This document shows, one piece after another, positions 13,166-23,913 of a stretch of 64,000 nucleotides of DNA (position 1 is its first letter; the number at the start of each line of letters is the position of its first letter). The notes below the pieces were generated by a model, which was not told where the DNA came from, made no database searches, and saw only the letters and a program-made list of their open reading frames with translations. The DNA lies in contig CM052817.1 of assembly GCA_028534125.1 (NCBI GenBank), positions 101,558,001 through 101,622,000 of the forward strand, given 5' to 3'. The translations under genes were made by a program, and so were the position numbers. Origin of the DNA: Lama glama (lineage: Eukaryota).

Positions 13166-14065
13166 GGTCAGTGGGCATCTGAGTTGGGAGCCCCAAATAG
13201 CGTATCTGCTCGTTGTAGTATCAAGATTTGTATAACTTCAGCTTCTCACCACACCAACCAGATGGCCTTCAGCAGATTTACTACAGGGCAGGTGGTATTA
13301 TTCTTATTTTAGAAATGGTAGAATGGTCTTAGAGTTTAGGTTACTTGGTGGAGATTGAGAGCAGAGCTAGGACTGGCCGTGCTGGCTCAGTGCGCTTTAA
13401 ATTTTCCGCCATGTATATAGTTTAGTGGGGTATGAGTTTCATATCTGTTGACTTAGTAATTCATGTTCCAGGAAAGATAATTCAAATAAAATGTTTTTCT
13501 TTTGCAACATTTTTATAATGGCGAAAACAGTAGAAACAGATTAAAGGCTCAACAGTGGGGAAAGGATTTGATAAATTTAAGAATATCAACATAGTAGAAT
13601 TTTCAGTAGTTGTCCCAAGTTACAATTATGATGCTAATGTAGTAAGGTCCAACAGGTGAATAGTTGAATATAAACTAGATCACACTCTGTTGTGATTGTG
13701 ACCGTCAAGTACCTGGCGGGACAGAACTGTGTACACAGAATGGTGTTAGGCTCATGAAGAAGCAAGGAGTTTTATTTTTGAACGTTTTCTTTAGTGTTGT
13801 TTTGGATCCAGGTCATTGAGGTTTGAAGAATGTTTACTTGGGCAAAGCAGAATATTTGAAGTTGGTGTTCTCTTAGAATCTGGCCTGTAGGGTCATGACA
13901 GTAATAACCTTGTCTCAGAGAGTTACAAGAACTTAAATCATTATTATTGGAGTCGTAAAATAGCATTTATTGTTAAAAATCAAATTATAAGGCAATTTCG
14001 GAAACACAGAGAGACGTTTTCTTCCTTTTTTTTCTTTTAAAACATTTAATTAATGATTTAAAAAA

Positions 14066-14095
14066 ATTTATTATCTTTTGAGGGGATCAATTAGG

Positions 14096-14132
<37 letters not shown>

Positions 14133-14208
14133 TTAATAGAGGTACTGGGGATTGAACCTATGGCCTTGTGGATGCATGTGCTCTACCACTGAGCTATATG
14201 CCTTCCCC
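14066..14208 (-). mobile_element. Vic-1-type SINE with internal (ATT)n microsatellite
   Basis: Head match; (att)n at about 14102-14132. Confidence 0.85.
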
Positions 14209-15685
14209 TAATTTAATTTATTTTAATTTATTTTTTAACACCTTTATTGTGGTAAAGAGAGGTTTTATTTATTTATTTATTTAATCTATTTTTTTTCTTT
14301 TTAAAGCATTTAATTTTATTTTTATTAATTTATTTTAATTTATTTTTATTAATTTATTTTTAACACCTTTATAGTGGTAGAGAGGTTTTAAAGTTGGAGG
14401 GAAACTGGTGACACACAGTTCACAGCAAGCAAAAGAGATTTTGTGTGTAGCTCCCCGACGTGGTGTCATCTTATTGAATTCTCCCAAAGGGAGATCGTGA
14501 TTATAAGAAATTGTAATGTAATTACAAGAAAACACAGGAAACCAGAGAAGTGAAAATTTAGAAACAGGCTGCACGACCACAGTCACACTCAGCAAAGGTG
14601 ACCAGGAAGAATATTCTGTCATCTCCTTTCTGTATTTTTCTGAGTGTGTATGTGATGAGGGGGCCCCTCCCCCGCCGCAGTGTCCTGTTACTGGGTGGTG
14701 TCCAGGCGAGATTATTTCTGCGTATTCTGTGTGCTATCTAAGACCGTTTGGACCAGGAGTTCCTGCCCTTTCAGGATTGGCACAGCCTTGCGTTGGCACG
14801 CTGGTGCCAGGCCCTTGTTCCTGCCCGCCCGGGACAGGTGTTGGCCCAGGGCCAGCCTGTGCCCGCCAGGCTTGGGGTGGGCGCCCCGCGTGGCCTTCCT
14901 GCTTCTTGCCTCCTTAGGTGCTGATCCCTGTCAGTCTGGAAGGGAAGCTGTAAAATCGGTGTGGGGAGGAGGACAAGGAACATTTCCAATCAGGGGAGAA
15001 ATGAAAAGGGTCAGGTTTCTCACTCTCAAATAAGTTGCAAAAGTCTGAACGAGGAGCCGGAGACGGAAACTAAAAACAGAGAAAGGTTAGAGGCTTCTGT
15101 AGCTGCCCTGTTTTCCTGAAATCTTACATAATTAGTTAAGTGAAATAAACCAGTTTTCTGGGTGTGTGATCACTGAGGATTCCTGCAAACCTGGGTGGAA
15201 TTGTAATGTGTTTAATCAAATTTATTTGCCTATGAGATGTTGTCTGATCTTCTTTGCATTAAAAGTTTAGGCTGTCAGACTCAGGAGAGTTATTCCATCT
15301 GTCAGGTAAATATATGTCATGACCTACCCGTCTACCTCTGAATATAGCTTTTAAAAGCAAGGAAGTTGCTTAAATTCTAAAAATTTCCTTTTTTTTTTTT
15401 TTTTTTTTGCCCCATTGGCACCTCCAGTGAGAATGATTCAGTGGAGTGGGAGCTCGGGAAGAGATAAAGCGTTGCTGAGTGTAAGATAGGAAGGAAGTGG
15501 TGAAGGCCAGGGGGAGATAGAGAGAAGTGTGGGTGTGTCTGGGGCGTGTTTCCCCCTCCAGTATTTTCTGTACCTAGCGGAGTCCCCTCCCCTGCATCAC
15601 CCCCGTGGGCTTCTCCAAAATCTCTGCCCTCTTGGTAGAACAGAACAGTTTTCTAGGAGAGAACAGTTTCTTGGCCCCCCCCCCT

Positions 15686-15828
15686 TTTTTTTTAAGTTTC
15701 TTCTTTTGAGGGGGGAGGTAATTAGGTTTATTTCTTGTTTTTTTTTTAGAGGAGAAACTGGAGATTGAACCCAGGACCTCATGCATGCTAAGCATGACCT
15801 CTGCCACTTGAGCTATACCCTTCTCCCC
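15686..15828 (-). mobile_element. Vic-1-type SINE
   Basis: Head and tail match; flanks tcttgg(c/a)ccc. Confidence 0.9.
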
Positions 15829-15992
15829 TCTTGGACCCTCTTTAAACTTAGCACTTGCTTAGTCCCTCTTTTGCCTCCTGGGAGAATTGACCAGCTCTTT
15901 ACTGAAAACCCTGAGAGGCCCCTGTTGCAGCAAGGATAATATGCCAAAGCTTTTGTTTTGATATACGTGCTTTCATTTACTAAGACTCTTAG

Positions 15993-16111
15993 CTCCTTAA
16001 GAGCAGGAATTGTGTCCTAATCAATATTTATTTTCTTATCACCTACATAGAACTCCTTAAGAGCAGGAATTGTGTCCTAATCAGTATTTATTTTCTTATC
16101 ACCTACATAGA
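15993..16111. repeat. 60-bp tandem duplication (2 units)
   Basis: ctccttaagagcaggaattgtgtcctaatca(a/g)tatttattttcttatcacctacataga repeated twice. Confidence 0.95.
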
Positions 16112-16167
16112 GCCTGGTCGTGTAACATGAAGTAAGGGAATGCTTGATAATTAAGTAAATGACCTTA

Positions 16168-16260
16168 ATTTTTAATTTTATTTGGTGGCAATACTGGGGA
16201 TTGAACCCAGGACCTCGAGCATGCTAAGCATGCGCTCAACCACTGAGCTAGACCCTCCCT
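16168..16260 (-). mobile_element. Vic-1-type SINE
   Basis: Head match; TSD agtaaatgacctta. Confidence 0.88.
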
Positions 16261-16592
16261 TTGAGTAAATGACCTTAAAAAGCAGGAAGTTATCATCTCT
16301 GCTATTGATAGAGTTACGAGGTTTGAATCTCTTTTGATGTGCTTCCAACATTCACTATGTTGGGATATTCTAGAAACTTTTGTTAAAAGTCTTGAAAATG
16401 CCCAATAAATAACACCTCTCTTCCTCGGGTTCTGAGCCAATGAATAGATCAGGATCAGTAGCCAGAAAACTAAAATGCCTTCTTTGTATCGTTACTGATA
16501 AGCCACATTCTCCTGTGTCAGCTGAGGTGAGAAAGAGTTGCTAACTCCATGTCCCCTAGGTGGACCACGCCATGGCCCACAGAAAGGGACTT

Positions 16593-17545
16593 TTAAAAAA
16601 ATTGAAGTATAGTTGACGTACAATATTATGTAAGTTACAGGTGTATAGGGTACGGGGTCAGAGTTTTTGAAGGTTCTGTTCCATTTATAGTTATTATAAA
16701 ATAATGGCTCTATTCCCTGTGTTGTATAATATACCTTGTAGCTTCTTTTATATGAAATAGTTTATGCCTCTTACTCCTCCACCCCCCCCCTTCTCCGACC
16801 TCTCCCCACTGGTGACCACTAGTTTGTTCTCTGTATCTGTGAGTCTGCTTCTTGTTTGTTATATTCACTAGTCTGTTGTAGTTTTTAGATTCCATGTGTA
16901 AATGATACCGGACAGTATTAGTCTTTCTCTGACTTACTTCACTTGTGAGCATAATACTCTCTAAGTCCATCCACATTGTTGCAGATGGCAAAATTTCATT
17001 CTTTTTTATGGCCAAGTAGTCCCATTGTGTATATGTGTGTATATATGAATGTATACATATACATATGTGTGTGAATATTTACACACACACACACACACAC
17101 ACATCACATCTTTATCCATTCATCTGTTGATGGACCCTTAGGTTGCTTCCGTATCTTGGCAACTATAAATAACGCTGCTGTGAGCATTGGGGTCCATGTA
17201 TCTTTTCAAATTTGTGTTTTCATTTTTTTCGGATATATACCCAGAAGTGGAATTGCTGGGTCGTATGGTAGTTCTAGTTTTAGTTTTTTGAGAAACCTCC
17301 GTACTGTTTTCCACTGTGGCTGCGCCAGTTTACACTCCCGCCAACAGTGTACGAGGGCTCTCTTTCTCCACATCCTCGCCAGCATTTGTTATTTGTGGTC
17401 TTTTTGATGATAGACATTGTGACAGATGGCAGGTGATAACTCACTATGGTTCTGATGTGCATTTCCCCGATGGCTGTCAGTGTTGAGCATCTTTTCACGT
17501 GCCTGTTGGCCACCTGCATTTCCTCTTTTGGAAGGTGTGTTTGAA
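16593..17545 (-). mobile_element. L1 3' end including ORF2 C-terminus
   Basis: Translates to ANRHVKRCSTL...[19 protein letters not shown] and AIKKNEILPSATMWMDLESIML; internal (TA)/(CA)n. Confidence 0.92.
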
Positions 17546-18119
17546 TCAAGGACAGACATCTGTACCCTAGGTGGAGAGAGAAGGAGAAAAGAAAAGCTCC
17601 CCGGATAGTCCCCGCCCTGTCACCCTGCCCGCAGCACAAGGTCATTGTCTGTCCCCCACCAAGAGGGGAGAGGTAGGCTTGGGGCGAGGGGGCAGGGGTA
17701 TTTAGTGTTTACTTCCCTTATAACATCCCTCGGTTTTGTACTTTCGACCTGTGGGGCTCACCTGGTAAACCCACGGCCCTGCTACTCTGATGGGAGATGA
17801 GCAGCCGTCTAGTGGCCCTCCCTGCTCCTGCCTTCCAGAGCCTGTTCTTTCTCCCGCCAGTCCTGGTGCCCCCTTGTGGATCCGCCGTGGACTGCTGGGG
17901 CGAGCTGGAAAGCTCTGTGATGGGTTATAATGATGCTTCATCATCTGCTCCAAAGCCACGCTATGCCCAAGGTTTAAAGTTCCTGCTCTCGTCTGTTTCC
18001 CATCCCAGATTCTTTTCACGTATCCAAGCAGCTTCCCAGAGCTTTTGTGATGGGATCCAGTAACAGAATTAAGATACTTCAATTTTTAAAAACCCAGCCT
18101 TAGAAGGATGCCGCAACAC

Positions 18120-18360
18120 AGAGGTGTGGAGTGTAGTGAATAAGAAAGCGACTTATAAAACCAGACCACCTACGTAAAAATCTTGGTTCTGAGTGATTTT
18201 GGCCGAGTTACCTAACCTTTTTATTTCTCAGTTTATCTATGGAACAGATGATAATAGCCCTCCCTCACAGGAGTGCTGTAGCTCTTGAATAAATTAATAC
18301 GTGTCAGAAGCTTGGAACCTAGCATCTGGCACGTAGCCAAAGTGCATTTATCACTTAACT
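18120..18360 (+). mobile_element. MIR remnant
   Basis: ggccgagttacctaacc...tctcagttt...gataatag...tctggcacgtag. Confidence 0.6.
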
Positions 18361-18683
18361 TTATAAAGTTTCTGTGTATAAACCCTCTCCTGTTATGAAA
18401 CTGTCAGGGAGAAATTGAAAATTCAGAGATTCAATTCCTGGCAAGACATGAAAGTTCAAGGCTCAGTCCCATATCAAATTATCTTGGCCTGTGAGTTAAC
18501 ATTGAAAGAATTTGAAGTCCTCCCCTATTCCTTTTTTTTTTTTTCTTTTTTTCTTTTTTTGGTCTTAGCCAGAGAGGTTCTCCATGTCTGGTGCGGCTCC
18601 TCTCGCTGGAATCTGCAGGGCTTCCCTGGGGTTTCAGAAGTCACAACAGTTCAACTCCAAGTCTCTCTTGAGCCTAGAATCTT

Positions 18684-18826
18684 TTTGTTTGTTTGTTCTG
18701 GTTTTGGTTTGTTTGTTTGGGTGAGTTCATTAGGTTTATTTATTTTTTTAATAGAGGTACTGGGGATTGACCCCAAGACCTCATGCATGATGAGCACGCA
18801 CTCTACCACCGAGCTATACCCTCCCC
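18684..18826 (-). mobile_element. Vic-1-type SINE (first of a tandem pair)
   Basis: Head match; flanked by agcctagaatctt-like repeats. Confidence 0.9.
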
Positions 18827-18843
18827 TCCAAGCCTAGAGTCTT

Positions 18844-18965
18844 TTTTTTTGGTGGTGGTGGGGGAACTAGATCTATTTATTTATCTTTAGAGTAGGTACT
18901 GGGGGTTGAACCCAGGACCTTGTGCATTCTAAGCATGCACTCTATCACTGAGCTGTACCCTCCCC
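18844..18965 (-). mobile_element. Vic-1-type SINE (second of a tandem pair)
   Basis: Head match; same flanking repeat. Confidence 0.9.
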
Positions 18966-21384
18966 TCCAAGCCTACAATCTTAATAGGACACACAAGAAT
19001 ATTATATTACCAACCTTACATCCACTGACTTTGGAAAATGTGCCCCCCATCCCAGCCCTCAAGGCACTAATCCTGAGAGGAGTTGTTCCCAGGGCTTTGT
19101 CTTTGCCGGAGAGAGGGATGCAGGATGGAGAGAGGGCAGCACCTTGGTTTCAGCTTCAATTCATGCCCGTTGTTCTTAGTCCAAGACCTTTGCCCTTAAA
19201 CTCCACAGGCAGAGGTTGCCTGTGGGAGGAGGGGGTGGGCACTCATTTGAGGAGGAGGCACTCGTGCAGGTCACCTCCTCTCTTGGGGACTGGCGCCTGC
19301 CTTATTCTGGTCTGCCCTCGGCATCAGGACTTTGTGGTGGCCGCAGCCTTGTCCCCAGGTGTTTCCCATCCCAAATTCTTTTCACGTATCCAAGACAGCT
19401 TCCCGGAGCCTTTGTGATGGGATTCACTGACAGGATTAAGATACTTCAATTTTAAGAAGCCCAGCCTTAGAAGGATGTGTAGTGTCTGTCCTCTCCTTTC
19501 TGCAGGGAGCCCCTGTTTCTGGCACTTCTGTGCTGAGTGGTACCCAGGCTCTGTTTAGGGATGCAGCTCCTGCAGCATCTGCGGGCGGGCACGAGACCTG
19601 GGCAGGACAGGGTTTTTGTTGCCTCTTACCTGGGACTCACTGAGGCTTCTGCAACCTGCTTCCTAGGGAAGGTTTTGCCTTTCTGTCCTGCGTGTTTCAA
19701 GTGGAGCGTTGTTTGCTGCAGATTCCTGGCGGGGAGCTACTGTTGACACTTGGGGAGCTGGGGCCCTGTTGGGGTAACACCTTGGCCCCGAGCCACTCAC
19801 TCCTCCTTTCTCTGCCGTCTGCACTCTGCCTCCAGGTTGTACTTGTCTCCTGTCCCCTCTTCCTTTCAGGGAGGCTCGGACGAGTTTCTTGCTGTTTAAC
19901 TAGCTCCTTTTGCTGGTCTCTTTTTTCTCTAGCCGCTTGCAAGCTGCTACTGTTTGCTGGACTGGTGCGATCCTTTTTTTTTTTTTTCCCCAACCTTTTC
20001 CTTTACTTTTTGGTCTAGATCTATTTTTTTCCCCCTCTGGGTGTTCCTCTAGACATTTTCTTGAGTTCTCCCAAAGCAAGGGAGATCCAGTTGATAACAT
20101 CCTGTGTCGGCTGTATCCCTGCTGTGGAGACTCTTACACTGGAGACACTCTCCCATTAGACGCACGTGTTATGTCACGGCTAGGGTCAGTCGTCTTGTCC
20201 TGCTGGCTTCCCCTTTAATGGGCTTCCTTGTTGCCATGTCTTCTCTTAGACTGAGTCCGAATTCCACAAACTTCTCAAGCATGTTCCCGCAGGGCGCAGG
20301 CAAGGACCGTGTCCCCGGGCGCTGTGCTCTGAGCATCCTCCTCTGATCCTTGCTCTCTCCCAGCCTGTCTGGAGGTGCGGTAGCCCTTGGCAGAACTGTC
20401 TCAGTCTTTGGAGATGCACGTAGGTCCTCTCCTTGGAGATTGCTCTTACTGTGGGTTCTGAACCTGGCTTTAAAAGTGTGTTTCTCCAGAGTTCTTAGCA
20501 CTGAATCCTGATTCCTTTCTGGGGGAGCAGTTCCAGTCTGTGGAGATCTTGCTTGTCTGTCTTTTTGGATTTTTTTTTTTTTAAAGCTCAAACAAGCACA
20601 AAGCGACAGCTCTTTCATTTCAGTTGGATTCCAGGATTCAAGATCTCCTTTCCTGTTTCAGCTCTGTCTGGTTTTTCCTGAAGACATCAGCTTTTCTCTC
20701 TGTCTCTGGCTTCATCAATCTGCTTCTTTTTTTTTTTCCCCTCCTTCCTCTTGTTCTAAAAGGAAGAATAGAATGCAGTTTCCTCCTATTAGGAAAAATG
20801 ACAGGGACTTTTTTTGTTGTTTTGTTTTGCTTTTGATTTCTTTTCTAACCTTCCAACACCTCTTGGATTTCCGGAGTGAGTCTGATTTTTCCAAGGATAG
20901 CCCTTAGTGGTGGTTGTCTTTGTGCTGGCAATAATTTTGTCAAATTGCTTCTCTGACTCAACCCAAGATGACAGCGTATCTCCTTAATAAGGATATCCTC
21001 ATTGCTGCTTTCTTTATAAAATCTGCCTCTTCTCTGTGTAGCTGTCACTTTGGACCTGGAAAATCAGAAGTGGCTGTTAGCGCCTAGGTGATGAATGAAT
21101 ATAGAGCTGGTGAGTTGGAGAGGAACTTTTGAGTCTGTGGCCCAACCACGTGAATTTAAAGCAAACCCTTGCACATTTCCGACTCTTGGCCATGGAACAG
21201 GATTTGGAGCAGCCTGTCTACACTGGTTGCCTGGAGTTGGACCCAACACAGTTTCTTTAAGATCTAGCTATAGAAGCAGCAGATAGTATTCTGGAAGCTC
21301 TGTTTTGAGGAGAGCCCTGACGGGGACATTTTTCTGTTTTTGTTTTCTTTTTCTTTTTTCTTTTTGCCCCTCTCTTTTCCCTTT

Positions 21385-21975
21385 CTTTTCCTGTGGTAAA
21401 ATACGCATAACACGAAATTGACCATTTTGACCGTTTTCAGATGTCCAGTCCAGCAGCATTCATTATATTCACATTGTTACACCACCGTCCACCTCCAGAA
21501 CTTTTTCATCTGCTCAAACTGAAACTCTGTCCCCATTGAACAGTAACCCCTCGTCACCCCCCTCCCCTAAGCCCCTAGCAACATTATTCTACTTTCTGTC
21601 CCTGGCTTTGACTGTTCTGGGTCCCCGCATGAGTGGAATCTTACAGTATTTGTCCTTTTGTGACTGACTTACCTCCCTTAGCATGGCTTCAGGGTTCATG
21701 CGTGTTGCAGCAGGTGTCAGAATTGCCTTCCCTTGGAAGACTGAGGAATTATGCCACTGTTCGTATATCCTGAGTTTTGTTTATTCATTCATCCATCCGT
21801 GGATTTCGGGATGTTTCTACTTGTCTACTGTGTTACTGCTGCTGTGAATATAGGGGCCCAAATACATGTTCGAGTACCTCCTGTGACTTCTGGGTGTATG
21901 CCCAGAGGTGGAATTGCTGGGTCATGTAATTCTGTGTTTAGTTTTTGAGGAACTACCATCCTGTTTTCCACTGCA
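21385..21975 (-). mobile_element. Older L1 (L1MA/MB-like) 3' end
   Basis: gtggtaaaatacgcataac...ctgaaactctgtccccattgaac...cccagaggtggaattgctgggtcat. Confidence 0.85.
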
Positions 21976-22185
21976 ACGCCCTTTCTGTCCTCGCCTCCTC
22001 CTTGCCATGACTGCTTAGGTCAGGGCTGTGCTATGTGGCTCAAGGTCAGACCATGGCGGCCGGCATAACAGAGGCCGAATTTGTGCCGTGCCAAGCCGGG
22101 CGCAAGGGCTGAGCCAGGCCTGCAGGGCCCACTTGCCGTTTGCTTGAGGCCCAGCATCACCCGACAATATAAAAATAGCCGCTGA

Positions 22186-22303
22186 GGGGGAAAGTGTAGC
22201 TCAGTGGTAAAATGCATGCCTAGCATGCATGAGGTCCTGGGTTCAATCCCCAGTCCCTCCATTAAACATAAATAAACCTAATTACCTTCCTGCCCCCCAA
22301 AAC
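22186..22303 (+). mobile_element. Vic-1-type SINE
   Basis: gtagctcagtggtaaaatgcatgcctagcatgcatgaggtcctgggttcaatcccc; flanks aaaatagc. Confidence 0.9.
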
Positions 22304-23031
22304 AAAATAGCTGTTTGCCTTTGGATAGAGCCCTTATGTGCTGCATGACTGACCAAGGTGGAAGCTCGCACTGCTGTCCTGAAACTGCTGGCCAGATTAT
22401 GGTTGTTGAAAGCCAGCTGCCCAAGTGTAAAAGCCAGGGTGTTGCCCAACACGGACCACTGCCCCTCAGTCCGACCAGAAGTCCCGGTATCTCAGGGTCC
22501 ACTCCATCTCCAGGCTACTGTCTTGTCTTTCACAGTTTCTGGCACATTTCAGGGGGTGGGGGCAGGTGGGAGATGATGTGCAGTAAAGGACGCTTCTCCC
22601 TTTTTTTGGGTTCTGAACCAGTTATAAAACAAGACGAGAAGAATTTGAAGCATTTAAGAAAAAAAAATCCCTTGTCTTGGAAACCAAAGGATTGGGGAAG
22701 AGGAGTTTCCCTTCTGACAACTTTGATGCGGGGGGAAATGCTTCTGAGAAGCATTTAAATTACTTGTTGAGGAATTTTCCTAATTTAAGGCATAAAGTGC
22801 AAATGAACAAGTAAAAAGAATGCTCCTTTTTGAGGGCCTGCTTGAAGGCTCTGGGATTGGCGTGTGTATCTCATTTAATGCTCGTAACGTGACTTGTGAG
22901 TCCTAAACTCTAGTGTTATCCAAGAGGAAGCTGAGGCTTGAAAAAAGTGGGGACTCTCCCCAAAGTTCACAGCTGGGGCCTTATCTTGAGTCTGGGTTGA
23001 CTGCAAAACCACTTGGCCACACTGCCTTTTC

Positions 23032-23181
23032 TTTCTTCCTTCCTTCCTTCCTTTCTTTTTTTAATGAGGGGAGGTAATTAGATTTATTTATTTATTTATT
23101 TTAATGACGGTCCTGTGGCTGGAACCCAGGACCTCATGCATGCTAGGCACGTGCTCTACCACTGAGCTAAACCCTCCCCCC
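23032..23181 (-). mobile_element. Vic-1-type SINE with (TTCC)n tail
   Basis: Head match; TSD acactgcctttt. Confidence 0.88.
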
Positions 23182-23503
23182 ACCAACACTGCCTTTTCTA
23201 AAAAGATGTGGATAAGGGAAAATGTGTTGCATGTGCTTTACACATTTTCCCCTTAAAACAAATTAAAAAATTCATTTCCACCAGTTCCTAGGGTTTTACA
23301 AATATTTTAGTGAGTGAGTCTGGCAACGTAGGTAAATTTTGTTTTCGGTGGTTAAATAGCTGAGATATAGAAGGTTAGTGGTAGTGGTGAGGGTGGAAAC
23401 AATTGCTGTTTATAACATGAGGGTGGAGCAACTATACAGTGCTTACTAATAACTTAGCTGAGCCTGCCTCTTATGCAGGAAATACTAAATTAAGAGTTTG
23501 ATT

Positions 23504-23676
23504 TAAACAACAAGGCCCTACTGTACAGCACAAGGAACCATATTCAGTATCTTGTAATAGCCTATAATGAAAAAGAGTATGAAAAGGAATATATATATAT
23601 ATATAACTGAGCCACCATGCTGTACACCAGAAATTAACACAACATTGTAAAATGACTATACATCAATAAAAAAAAA
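23504..23676 (+). mobile_element. Truncated L1 3' end
   Basis: Artiodactyl-type L1 terminus plus poly(A); TSD aagagtttg(a/g)tt. Confidence 0.88.
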
Positions 23677-23737
23677 AAGAGTTTGGTTAAAAAGTGTGAG
23701 TGTTGTGTGGAACGGACCCAAGAAAGCACTCATTTTA

Positions 23738-23913
23738 TTTTTTAAATTTTTAATTGAAGTATAGTTGATTTACAATGTTGTGTTAATTTCTAATGTATTG
23801 CATAGTGTTTCAGTTGTATATATATATATATCCCTTTTCATATTTTTTCATTATAGGCCGTTACAACTTTCTGAATATAGTTCCCTGTATTATACAGTAG
23901 GACTTTGTTGTTT
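23738..23913 (-). mobile_element. Truncated L1 3' end
   Basis: Same terminus inverted; TSD gaaagc(a/t)ctcatttta. Confidence 0.88.

Larger units (their letters stand above)
17994..19477. repeat. Dispersed ~118-bp direct repeat (17994-18110 and 19360-19477)
   Basis: Manual alignment: 10 substitutions and 1 single-base indel. Confidence 0.95.
16280..22507 (-). pseudogene. Candidate degraded multi-exon gene nested antisense in TMEM131L intron 7 (unknown family)
   Basis: Minus-strand segments A 22507-22354, B 21267-21167, C 21055-~19247, D 18110-17762 and E 16521-~16280. They have splice-like boundaries whose phases agree and protein-like translations broken by stops and frameshifts. See findings. 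Confidence 0.5.

Noticed and set aside
12707..13312. 201-aa + strand ORF
   Set aside because: Lies on a decayed L2 element; non-ATG start and no recognisable protein
19629..19630. Strong minus-strand donor CAG|GTAAGA inside proposed segment C
   Set aside because: Not used in the model because protein-like sequence and the repeat copy continue beyond it; it remains an alternative exon end
22053..22112. Strong-Kozak accATGg micro-ORF (19 aa) in a CpG-rich patch
   Set aside because: Very short, with no splice link to TMEM131L; compatible with chance
22186..22262. tRNA-Ala-like sequence (and the other 16 copies)
   Set aside because: They have SINE tails, TSDs and divergent stems, so they are SINEs and not tRNA genes
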